From assembly GCA_002269645.1 (NCBI GenBank), contig NIVC01000291.1, positions 434,001 through 498,000 on the forward strand: 64,000 nt of DNA, given 5' to 3'. Shown in pieces: positions 1 to 11,100 of the stretch; positions within the stretch are counted from its first letter, which is position 1; the number at the start of each line of letters is the position of its first letter. The notes below the pieces were generated by a model, which made no database searches, had not been told where the DNA came from, and was given only the letters and a program-made list of their open reading frames with translations. The DNA comes from Macrostomum lignano (taxonomy: Eukaryota). Position numbers and translations under genes: made by a program.

Positions 1-3000
1 AGCGAGCGGCAGCGCTTCATGGCGGGCCAGAAGCTGGCGGCCGTCATCTCGGATGCGGCCTCCACCGGCATCAGTCTGCACGCCGACCCTGGCTGTGCCA
101 ACACCCGCCGGCGGGTGCACGTGACCGCCGAGCTGCCCTGGTCTGCCGAGAAAGCGGTGAGGCCCGATGCACTGTAGTCTGAATGCCGATCCTAATTAGA
201 AAGCATGCAGGATTTTGTGAATATCCCATTGGGTAGCTTTGTGAATATCCCATTGGGTAGCTTTGTGAATATCCCATTGGGTAGCTTTGTGAATATCCCA
301 TTGGGTAGCTTTGTGAATATCCCATTGGGTAGCTTTGTGAATATCCCATTGGGTAGCTTTGTGAATATCCCATTGGGTAGCTTTGTGAATATCCCATTGG
401 GTAGCTTTGTGAATATCCCATTGGGTAGCTTTGTGAATATCCCATTGGGTAGCTTTGTGAATATCCCATTGGGTAGCTTTGTGAATATCCCATTGGGTAG
501 CTTTGTGAATATCCCATTGGGTAGCTTTGTGAATATCCCATTGGGTAGCTTTGTGAATATCCCATTGGGTAGCTTTGTGAATATCCCATTGGGTAGCTTT
601 GTGAATATCCCATTGGGTAGCTTTGTGAATATCCCATTGGGTAGCTTTGTGAATATCCCATTGGGTAGCTTTGTGAATATCCCATTGGGTAGCTTTGTGA
701 ATATCCCATTGGGTAGCTTTGTGAATATCCCATTGGGTAGCTTTGTGTATATCCCATTGGGTAGCTTTGTGTATATCCCATTGGGTAGCTTTGTGAATAT
801 CCCATTGGGTAGCTTTGTGAACATCCCATTAGGTAAATTTGTAAATATCCCATTTGGATGGTAATCTATTGTCGTTCCTTTTGGTATTTCTCAGTCACAT
901 TTGGGATAATAAATATGGGATTTGTATCTGCAACAGCTCGGTCATTCCTGAGCATCCCAAATCCCAACTCAGGTGCAGCAGCTGGGCCGCACGCACCGCT
1001 CAGGCCAGTCCAGCGGCCCCGTCTACCGCCTGGTCTGCCTGGACCTGGCCGGCGAGCGCCGCTTCTGCTCCGGTGTTGCCAAGCGGCTGCAGACTCTGGG
1101 CGCCCTGACCAAGGCCGACCGGCGGGCCGCCCTGGTTGGCGACCTCGGCCACCTCAACTGTGACACCGGCCGCGGCAGGGCGGCCCTGCGCCGGCTGTAT
1201 CAGTACACTGCGGCCGGCCGCCTGCTGCGGGGCGTAAGCCTGCCGGAGGTCTTCGACGGCGAGGTCTCGACTGAGCAGGAGGGCGTGCGGGTGAGCATAC
1301 AGGAGGAGTCATGTTTGAGAGGCATGAAGTTGGGAGTTGGGAGAGTCATGGCTAATGTGAGAGTCATGGCTCAAGTGAGAGTCATGGCTCAGGTGTTGAA
1401 GGCATAGCTCAGGTGAGAGTCATGGCTAAGGTGAGAGTTATGGCTCAGGTGTTGAAGGCATAGCTCAGGTGAGAGTCATGGCTAAGGTGAGAGTTATGGC
1501 TCAGGTGAGAGTCATGGCTCAGGTGTTGAAGGCATAGCTCAGGTGAGAGTCATGGCTCAGGTAGGAGAGTCATGGCTAAGGTGAGAGTCATGGCTCAGGT
1601 GAGAATCATGGCTCAGGTGTTGAAGGCATAGCTCAGGTGAGAGTCATGGCTAAGGTGAGAGTGAGTCATTGCTCAGGTGAGAGTCATGGCTAAGGTGAGA
1701 GTCATGGCTAAGGTGTGAAAGGCATAGCTCAGGTGAGAGTCATTGCTCAGGTAGGAGAGTCATGGCTAAGGTGAGAGTCATGGCTCAGGTGAGAATCATG
1801 GCTCAGGTGTTGAAGGCATAGCTCAGGTGAGAGTCATGGCTAAGGTGAGAGTGAGTCATTGCTCAGGTGAGAGTCATGGCTAAGGTGAGAGTCATGGCTA
1901 AGGTGTGAAAGGCATAGCTCAGGTGAGAGTCATTGCTCAGGTAGGAGAGTCATGGCTCAGGTGAGAGTCATGGCTCAGGTGAGAGTCATGGCTCAGAGTC
2001 ACCAGAGAAGAATCCGAACTTTCCGTTAACTTTACGAGCTCGTAATTTGAAACGCCGCTCCCACCTTGGCCCCGCAGCGGCTGCAGGCCTGCCTGCTGGA
2101 AATGGACATCTTCGAGCGCCTTGCCGAGCCCAGCGGCAAGTGTCGCCTCCGCGATGGCGAGACGGGCTCGGTGAATCGCTTCCTGAACAGGCTGCTGGGG
2201 CTGCCGGTGGCTGAGCAGGCCTGTCTGTTCCGCTACTTTCTGGCCGCCTGCGGGCTCGAGCCCGCGCCCGGCTTTGGTGAGCGACCTGCACTGACTGCTG
2301 CTCCCATTCCCTGTCTTCCCATCTTCCCATCCATCTCCCCTATCTTCCCACCCATCTCCCCTATCTTCCCACCCATCTCCTCTATCTTCCCATCCATCTC
2401 CTCTATCTTCCCACCCATCTCCCCTATCTTCCCACTCATCTCCCCTATCTTCCCATCCATCTCCTCTATCTTCCCACCCATCTCCTCTATCTTCCCACCC
2501 ATCTCCCCTATCTTCCCACCCATCTCCTCTATCTTCCCACCCATCTCCCCTATCTTCCCACCCATCTCCCCTATCTTCCCACCCATCTCCCCTATCTTCC
2601 CATCCATCTCCCCTATCTTCCCACCCATCTCCCCTATCTTCCCACCCATCTCCTCTATCTTCCCATCCATCTCCTCTATCTTCCCACCCATCTCCCCTAT
2701 CTTCCCACCCATCTCCCCTATCTTCCCATCCATTTCCTCTATCTTCCCACCCATCTCCTCTATCTTCCCACCCATCTCCCCTATCTTCCCACCCATCTCC
2801 TCTATCTTCCCACCCATCTCCCCTATCTTCCCACCCATCTCCCCTATCTTCCCACCCATCTCCCCTATCTTCCCACCCATCTCCTCTATCTTCCCATCCA
2901 TCTCCTCTATCTTCCCACCCATCTCCTCTATCTTCCCATCCATCTCCTCTATCTTCCCACCCATCTCCTCTATCTTCCCACCCATCTCCCTATCTTCCCA

Positions 3001-4142
3001 CCCATCTCCTCTATCTTCCCACCCATCTCCCCTATCTTCCCATCCATCCCATCTGTCTTCAAATCCTGTCTTCATGTCCTCCATTTCTTCCAGTATGAAA
3101 GTTTTGTGACGAATAGAAAGTCTATTCGTCCATGCACCTATGCGAGTGCGAGCTCTCCCTCCCCATCGCCAGCACTCGAATTCCCAAATCCCCTCCCGCA
3201 GGCCCCGCAGACGCCGCTTCTCCCAGCTCACCTCTGGCGGCATCGGCGACAGCAGACGACGACTGCCTGGCGGAGCTGCGCGCCGACTCCATCCGGCTGG
3301 TGTCGCCGCCAGCCGAGGCGTTTCAGCAGAGCTGCCTGCCGGCCGGCCTGCTGTCCCGCCAGGTCACCGCCGTCACCCTGGAGATCACCAGGAGGCTGCG
3401 GCGCCGGCAGCCTCACCAGAGCCAGCAGCGGACTCCGCAGCGCACAGTGACTGAGCGGCTCACCCTGCTCTGCGGCTCCGTGCTGCCGCTGCTGCCCGCG
3501 CTGGAGGCCTGCCTGGCCGCCAACTGGGCCGCCCTGCGAGGCCTGCCCGCCTCTCGTCGTCGCCTGCGGTTCCTGCGAGCCCGCGTCGACGCCGATAGCG
3601 AAGCCGACCCCGACGCCGCTGGCGGCAGCCGTCGGTTTGTTGGCCTCCGATTCCCCGCTGCGCTGCTGCGGGCCGCCGAGGCGGAGCTGGGGCGCCGGCG
3701 GCTGCTGGCCCAGCAGGCGGAGGCCGCCTCTGGACCGACGGCAGCTTCAGCGGCGGCCGGCGCAGCGAAGGAGGAGGCTGTGGCGCCGGTAGACGAGCGG
3801 CTGAAGCGCCGGGCAACCACGGCACCGCCAACCATTCGAAGCTTTTTCGCTCCGGCGGCCGCTGCGCCTTCACCTTCGCCCTCGCCAGTTCATGCCGCGG
3901 CGGCCAGCAAGCGGAAGAGCTGTGGAGCAGCGGCGGCCGCCCCCAGCCCGGCCAAGCAGGCCCGCATCAGCGACCTGTTCGCCGCCAGGCAGCCGGACGA
4001 GTCGGTCTGCCCGAACTGCGACAAGCAGCTGCCGGCCTCCGTGCGGCCCCGGGACCACTGGGCCGTCTGCCTCGTTGTGGGGGCCAGCGGCCCGGCCGGT
4101 GCGGAACCAAAGCAAGAGAAACTGGACAGAGATGCAGCTTAG
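1..4142 (+). CDS. SBNO: Strawberry notch (SBNO)-like helicase, C-terminal part (5' end outside the window); exons 1-156, 973-1290, 2078-2276, 3202-4142
   Basis: Spliced translation gives [29 protein letters not shown]...[17 protein letters not shown]|[12 protein letters not shown]...[28 protein letters not shown]...[22 protein letters not shown]. This matches the SBNO helicase-C motifs ([71 protein letters not shown]). All introns are GT-AG with consistent phases (0,0,1). The last acceptor could be at 3202 or 3211 (same frame). Confidence 0.9.
214..855. repeat. 24-bp minisatellite (TTTGTGAATATCCCATTGGGTAGC), ~26 copies, in an SBNO intron
   Basis: Near-perfect tandem units are directly visible and explain ORFs 71..853, 192..824 and 205..864. 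Confidence 0.97.
1341..1995. repeat. Compound minisatellite based on GTGAGAGTCATGGCTCAG and GTGTTGAAGGCATAGCTCAG, in an SBNO intron
   Basis: Alternating 18-21-bp units are directly visible. Confidence 0.95.
2318..3050. repeat. 21-bp pyrimidine-rich minisatellite (CCCATCTCCCCTATCTTCCCA), in an SBNO intron
   Basis: Tandem units are visible; gives ISPIFPP and GGKIEEM periodic ORFs. Confidence 0.95.
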
Positions 4143-4637
4143 TTGCCAGGTTTAGGAGCTGCTCAGAACTGCTCTGGGCCTGGCTTTTCTGCTTGAGATT
4201 GGGGCCAGCTGGGCAGCCAAGCTTGAGTTCGTGGCTGTGTACAGGTGGCATACCAGGTGATGGCTGTGTACAGGTGGCATACCAGGTGATGGCTGTGTAC
4301 AGGTGGTATACCAGGTGATGGCTGTGGGTGACAAGTGAAGGTGATTGAGAGGGGTTGCTTGCTGAGTCACCAGTGCAGAGCATTTATACTTTAAATATTT
4401 TATTCTATTTACGGTACAGTTTGGCAAGATTGGCGGCTCAGTTCGAGCTGATCTTCCAGTCTCATTGCGAGCTCCCCATTTTGCGAGTTTCGCATTCTCT
4501 CGCCGATAGCTTCTCCCGTGTCTAAGATTATTTTATTTTCTAGTTCAAATATACTTCGTAGTTTGCTTCAAGCTTGTGTATATTGCTAAAGTACAAGTGT
4601 CTCTAGACCCGTTAAAATCACTTCGATTTTTGTCGTG

Positions 4638-6050
4638 TATTACTTACTTACTTACTACCGACGGGGGCAGAGCGCCGCGAATAGGCCGCGAGGCCCCTAT
4701 CGCAACCCCAAGCTAAAAACAGAAAGGCGTTAGCCTTGGGGCTGCGACCACCCCTCGCCGGCAGCAGAAGAGCTCGCGAGAGTGGCGTCTGCGATCTTCA
4801 TCCGCCCAGAATCCCGAACGAATGCGCGTAGGTCACGGATCCGGTCCGGAGTGGTGAGTTCGTCAAGCCTTAGCGGATGACCGAGGTGATGCCTCCGCGC
4901 CTCGTTGAAGTGCGGGCAGAAAGTGACGTGGTGCGTCGAGGTTTCCTCTTCTAAATCACAGAATGGGCAGATAGGGGAGCAGCCACTTTGCAGTGAAATG
5001 TCTCTGGAAGAAGCCATGGCCAGTAATGACCATGCACATCTCCCTGAGGTTAGTTTTACTTAAGAAGATTAGATATTCGGATACTTTCCGGTTAATGGCA
5101 GGCATAGCCTTTCGTGCTTGCCGGTATTCGGAGCAGCTGTCCCAGTGAGTCTGATGCTGGCGGTTCAGCCAATCTTGAATGGCGCGGTTGAGCGATGACT
5201 TCGGAGAAGGTAACTTGACTGAGCGTTGCGCTCCATCAGGGGTGCAACCCCGCTTGGCAAGCTGATCCACAAGCTCGTTGCCGAGGATGTTGCTATGGCC
5301 TGGTGTCCAGATAACATTGATCCTGTTGAGAATCGCTAGGGTCTGCAAGCTTTTGAGGCAGTCTGAAACTGACTTGGTTGAGAGCTTGATGGAAGACAAG
5401 GCCTTAATAGCGGCCTGGCTGTCAGAGTAAAAATAAATGTCAAAGCTGCTGATGCCAGCTTTGTGCAAATGCTCAGCGCACTGGTTGATAGCTACAACTT
5501 CGGATTGAAAAACCGAGACATTCTCACCAAGATGAAGACTCTCTTGTAAGATCGCCTCACCCTTGTGGAAAATGGCAATGCCTGCACCAGCGAGACCGTC
5601 ACAAAGGGATCCGTCAGTGAAGCAGTGAATACCTTGGCTTCTCCGGTTGATGCCCACGTCCAGCGGGTGACTCCCTCTCGGTGGAAGAGTACACTTGAAG
5701 CCCCTCCTGAGGATGAGAGTGGGGGATTTGCAGTCCACCTCGTCTAAATTGAGGTGGATGCGTTGAAGATCGCGACGGATGTAGTCCAGATGCGGGAAAA
5801 GAGTCTTCTCGGGCATGAAGCCTGAGAGCATGTTAGCAATAAATTTATCACAGATGAGACGCGTGGCGCCCTTCATCGCCTCAGCTCTAATGAACAAATG
5901 CAGCGGAGGCATGCTGAGGATGGTGTTGAGCCCCTCGTAAGGGGTGGATGGATACGCACCGGTGATGGCTCGGCAGATGTTACCCTGCAGTTGGTACAAC
6001 CGGTCCTTTTGTCGTGTATTACTGGATTCCGCACCGCCTACTTCTAGTAA
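4638..6050 (-). mobile_element. 5'-truncated non-LTR retrotransposon (RNase H-bearing, LOA/I-group-like): post-RT region, RNase H, C-terminal zinc finger, (GTAA)n tail
   Basis: [26 protein letters not shown] is the post-RT motif. RNase H motifs are [25 protein letters not shown] and [19 protein letters not shown]. After a 1-nt frameshift near 4990 comes ITGHG...[24 protein letters not shown] x3 tail lies at ~4638-4657. No RT domain and no TSD were found. Confidence 0.88.
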
Positions 6051-6139
6051 TAGAATGCGGTCCACTGTCTTATATTCCGCTAAAAAATAAGGATTGACAA
6101 GCTGGTGACCAGAGATAATGACTATTTTAACCAAGTGGG

Positions 6140-6625
6140 AATGACCTGTGAGGATGATGAACTGGTAGTGAGCATAATGACGGAATGACCAGTGAGGATA
6201 ATGACGGAATGACCAGCGAGGATAATGACGGAATGACCAGCGAGGATAATGACGGAATGGTCAGGATGATGGAATGACCAGCGAGGATAATGACGGAATG
6301 ACCAGCGAGGATAATGACGGAATGGTCAGGATGATGGAATGACCAGCGAGGATAATGACGGAATGGTCAGGATGACGGAATGACCAGCGAGGATAATGAC
6401 GGAATGGTCAGGATGATGGAATGACCAGCGAGGATAATGACGGAATGGTCAGGATGACGGAATGACCAGCGAGGATAATGACGGAATGACCAGCGAGGAT
6501 AATGACGGAATGGTCAGGATGATGGAATGACCAGCGAGGATAATGACGGAATGGTCAGGATGACGGAATGACCAGCGAGGATAATGACGGAATGGTCAGG
6601 ATGGTGGAATGACCTGTGAGGATAA
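6140..6625. repeat. Compound minisatellite (GGAATGACCAGCGAGGATAATGAC and GGAATGGTCAGGATGAT units)
   Basis: Tandem units are visible next to the LINE 5' end. Confidence 0.93.
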
Positions 6626-6696
6626 TTTTGGTTAACCCAGGTTGGTTCCGTGTTTAGCCTGGAGATATATGTACTTTTAATGGCTTTGTTTGAACA

Positions 6697-6828
6697 GGAG
6701 GTTGTAGCCTATTGGTTAGAGCCTCTAAATCACGACTGAAAGGTTGGGGGTTCGATTCACTATCCCACTGGAACAATTTGTGTCCTTGACCAAGACACTT
6801 AACTCTGCATTACTTCAGTTCACCCAGA
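6697..6828 (+). mobile_element. Truncated tRNA-derived SINE (same family as 14413-14717)
   Basis: A-box-like TAGCCTATTGG and B-box GGTTCGATTC, then TGTGTCCTTGACCAAGACACTTAACTCTGCA...TTCACCCAG. Aligns by eye to the longer copy. Confidence 0.75.
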
Positions 6829-6844
6829 ATTTGTCCTCATTGAT

Positions 6845-7425
6845 AATTCCTATTGGGATACTCGTAATAATGGTCATCTATCCTCATTGATAACTCCTAT
6901 GGGGATAATAATGGTCATCTATCCACATTGATAACTCCTATTGGGATAATAATGGTCATCTATCCTCATTGATAACTCCTATGGGGATAATAATGGTCAT
7001 CTATCCTCATTGATAACTCCTATGGGGATAATAATGGTCATCTATCCACATTGATAACTCCTATTGGGATAATAATGGTCATCTATCCTCATTGATAACT
7101 CCTATGGGGATAATAATGGTCATCTATCCTCATTGATAACTCCTATTGGGATAATAATGGTCATCTATCCTCATTGATAACTCCTATGGGGATAATAATG
7201 GTCATCTATCCTCATTGATAACTCCTATGGGGATAATAATGGTCATCTATCCTCATTGATAACTCCTATGGGGATAATAATGGTCATCTATCCTCATTGA
7301 TAACTCCTATGGGGATAATAATGGTCATCTATCCTCATTGATAACTCCTATGGGGATAATAATGGTCATCTATCCTCATTGATAACTCCTATGGGGATAA
7401 TAATGGTCATCTATCCTCATTGATC
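6845..7425. repeat. 41-bp minisatellite (CTATCCTCATTGATAACTCCTATGGGGATAATAATGGTCAT), ~14 copies
   Basis: Period of 41 measured between 6961 and 7002. Confidence 0.96.
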
Positions 7426-8125
7426 CTATTTGGTGAATAATTGCCAATTCCTCACAGTTAACTCCGTCAGAATTATCCCTATATGATCGAATGCCCAATG
7501 GGGATAAATGTTATTGCTATCCCAGTGCAGTATGACTGACCAATGAGGATATCCCGATAGTAAGGCCATGGCTAGCGGCAATATGAAACATTTTCATTCC
7601 AATAGACTCAGAAGCGGCAGTTCCTCATGAGCCGGGACTCGCACCTGCCTCAGGTAATTAACTGTGTTTAGCGCCGGTGCAAATATTGCCCTCAAGCCGG
7701 TGGCTGCTGGCTGCCAATCGTCACGCGTCGGAGATCCTAATTGCGCTTGAGAAGGCGAGAGGGCACAGGGCTGCCAGCTCAAAGCCCTGCTCAGCTTCTT
7801 GGGGAGGTCTCTGGCCACTCCAGCACGGACTCGAGTCCCTTCCCGAGTCGCGCCGCTGCTTCCGATTGAAGTTCGGACGGGGGCAGCCACGCAGCAATCG
7901 CCCACTTGAGCGGGGGTGGCTGCGGCTTCCCGCTCGATCTCCCGCGGCCATTGGGGCAGCCCGGCCTGCCCGCTGCGATCCGCCTCTGCCCTCTAATCAG
8001 GGGAACATTTTCTCCCCTGGGCGGGGAGATTTCTGCAGTAGCTATAGGGAGGCTCGTTTGAAGAAATCGACTGGGTTTAAAAGTTTGAGCTGCCATTTTT
8101 TAAAAATAGTCCCGCTTTGAGAGAA

Positions 8126-11100
8126 ATGAACCGGAGCCGGGGGTTCGCGCCCGCGACAGCGTCCGCTCTGTGGCTCTGCGTTATTTTCTTTGGCGTGGCT
8201 CTCAACTCAGGTGAGCGGCCGTGTGCGATGCTTGACCTTAAATTGCGTAAGCAGCCAGGGTCTCCATGGGATTGTGCAGGCAGCCAGGGTCTCCATGGGA
8301 TTGTGCAGGCAGCCAGGGTCTCCATGGGATTGTGCAGGCAGCCAGGGTATCCATGGGATTGTGCAGGCAGCCAGGGTTTCCATGGGATTGTGCAGGCAGC
8401 CAGGGTCTCCATGGGATTGTGCAGGCAGCCAGGGTATCCATGGGATTGTGCAGGCAGCCAGGGTCTCCATGGGATTGTGCAGGCAGCCAGGGTTTCCATG
8501 GGATTGTGCAGGCAGCCAGGGTATCCATGGGATTGTGCAGGCAGCCAGGGTCTCCATGGGATTGTGCAGGCAGCCAGGGTTTCCATGGGATTGTGCAGGC
8601 AGCCAGGGTCTCCATGGGATTGTGCAGGCAGCCAGGGTATCCATGGGATTGTGCAGGCAGCCAGGGTATCCATGGGATTGTGGTGCGGAGCAGCCAGGGT
8701 CTCCATGGGATTGTGGTGCGGAGCAGCCAGGGTCTCCATGGGATTGTGGTGCGGGGCAGCCAGGGTTTTGTATGGGATTGGGGTGCGGAGCAGCCAGGGT
8801 CTCCATGGGATTGTGGCCTGGAGGAAAGGCGGGCAGCCAGTGCTTCCAGGGTGTCTATGAGCCATGGATCCAAGGGTCTAAGGAGAGGCCATCAAGGATT
8901 ATTGGGGCTCAGGCCATTATGTGTAGATGGCCTAGGTCATTTTGCTGCAAACAAGGTGAAAAATGCTGTCAGTGGAGCTCGAGGGCCCCCAAGTCTTGAG
9001 GCTCCGGACTCGAGTGACCCCCGAACCCGCCGCTGAACCCGCAGGAGCGCTTGCCATCGAGGCGGCCAAGAAGCTGTTCACGGACCTGATGAACCGCACG
9101 AACTACAGGTCCTATGTGCGCCCCGTGACCAACCACTCGCAGCCGGTGCTGCTGTACATGAACCTCAGCCTCACCCAGATCCTTGACGTGGTGAGCTCGC
9201 GAACGAAATGCTCTCCGGCCTCAGCAACTCCATATCTTGGCATTTTTTCAAATTCCAGGACGAAAAGAACCAGATAGTGACGCTGAACATGTGGGTGTTC
9301 CAGCAGTGGTTCGACCCGAACTTCCAGTGGGACCCGAGCCACTACGGCAGCATCCACGAGCTGCACGTGCCGTCGGACGAAATTTGGACGCCGGACCTGG
9401 TGCTCTATAACAAGTACGGGGTCCGGGCCGCATTCAGCTGCTAAAACCGGCCGTTCAGCGGCCAATACGGTGTTGCTCAACTGCCAATACTCAGTTGCTC
9501 AACTACCAGTTGCTTAACTGCCAGTACTCAGTTGCTCAACTACCAGTTGCTTAACTGCCAATACTCAGTTGCTCAACTACCAGTTGCTTAACTGCCAATA
9601 CTCAGTTGCTCAACTACCAGTTTCTCAACTACCAATACTCAGTTGCTCAACTACCAATATTTAGTTGCTTAACTACCAATACTCAGTTGCTCAACTACCA
9701 ATATTTAGTTGCTTAACTACCAATACTCAGTTGCTCAACTACCAATACTCAGTTGCTTAGTTACTCATTTATCAAATACTCAGCAGCCAAATCCTCATGT
9801 GCACACAACCCCCTTAGCGCCGGTGGCGACTGGGATCTCGGCAGCTCGGCGAACAAGGTGAACGTCCTGAGCGACGGCACAGTGCTGTGGCGGCCGCCGA
9901 TCATCTTCAAGAGCCAGTGCGAGATCAACGTGGAGTTTTTCCCATTCGACACGCAGATCTGCACCCTGAAGCTGGGCACGTGGACCCACAACGGCTACCT
10001 CATCGACCTCCGGCACGTGGCCCAGAAGGCCGAGGCCGACCGGACCGGCATGAAAAACTTCGACAACTGCGAGGCGTTCATCGACTACGCGGTGGACCTC
10101 AGCCAGTTTGTGGACAACGTGGAGTGGGACATCCTTGGTGAGCTGGCTTGATGAGGCTACTCAGCCGGAAGCTGGGAGCTGTTAAATTGAATCAGGTGAA
10201 AACTGGATTATTTTGAAGCTGTTAGATAGAAGCCGTTAGATGAAAGCTGTAGATGGGGCTGGTAGATGGAAGCTGGTAGATGGAAGCTGGTAGATGGAGC
10301 TGGTAGATGGAAGCTGGTACATGGAGTTGGTAGATAGAAGCTGGTAGATGGAAGTTGGTAGATGGAAGCTATTAGATGGAGCTGATAGATGGAAGCTGGT
10401 ACATGGAGCTGGTAGATGGAAGCTATTAGATGCAGCTGGTAGATGGAAGCTGGTACATGGAGCTGGTAGATGGAAGCTATTAGATGGTGCTGGTAGATGG
10501 AAGCTGGTACATGGAGCTGGTAGATGGAAGTTGGTAGATGGAAGCTGGTAGATGGAGCTGGTAGATGGAGCTGGTAGATGGAAGCTGGTAGATGTAAGCT
10601 GGTGGATGGAAGTTGGTGGATGGAAGCTGGTAGATGGAAGCTGGTAGATGGAAGTTGGTGGATGGAAGTTGGTAGATGGAAGCTGGTGGATGGAAGCTGG
10701 TAGATGTAAGCTGGTGGATGGAGCTGGTAGATGGAAGCTGGTGGATGGAGCTGGTAGATGGAAGCTGGTGGATGTAAGCTGGTGGATGGAAGTTGGTGGA
10801 TGGAAGCTGGTGGATGGAAGTTGGTGGATAGAAGCTGGTAGATGTAAGCTGGTGGATGGAAGTTGGTGGATGGAAGCTGGTAGATGGAGCTGGTAGATGG
10901 AAGCTGGTAGATGGAAGCTGGTAGATGGAAGCTGGTAGATGGAGCTGGTAGATGGAAGCTGGTGGATGGAAGTTGGTGGATGGAAGCTGGTGGATGGAAG
11001 TTGGTAGATGGAGCTGGTAGATGGAGCTGGTGGATGGAAGTTGGTGGATGGAAGCTGGTAGATGGAAGTTGGTGGATGGAAGTTGGTGGATGGAAGCTGG

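Noticed and set aside
71-864. Periodic ORFs ([24 protein letters not shown]), including a superficial LRR-like look
   Set aside because: They are translations of a 24-bp intronic array between two SBNO exons that splice in frame.
2233-3243. Coiled-coil-like ORF (GGKIEEM)n
   Set aside because: Antisense reading of a 21-bp intronic repeat.
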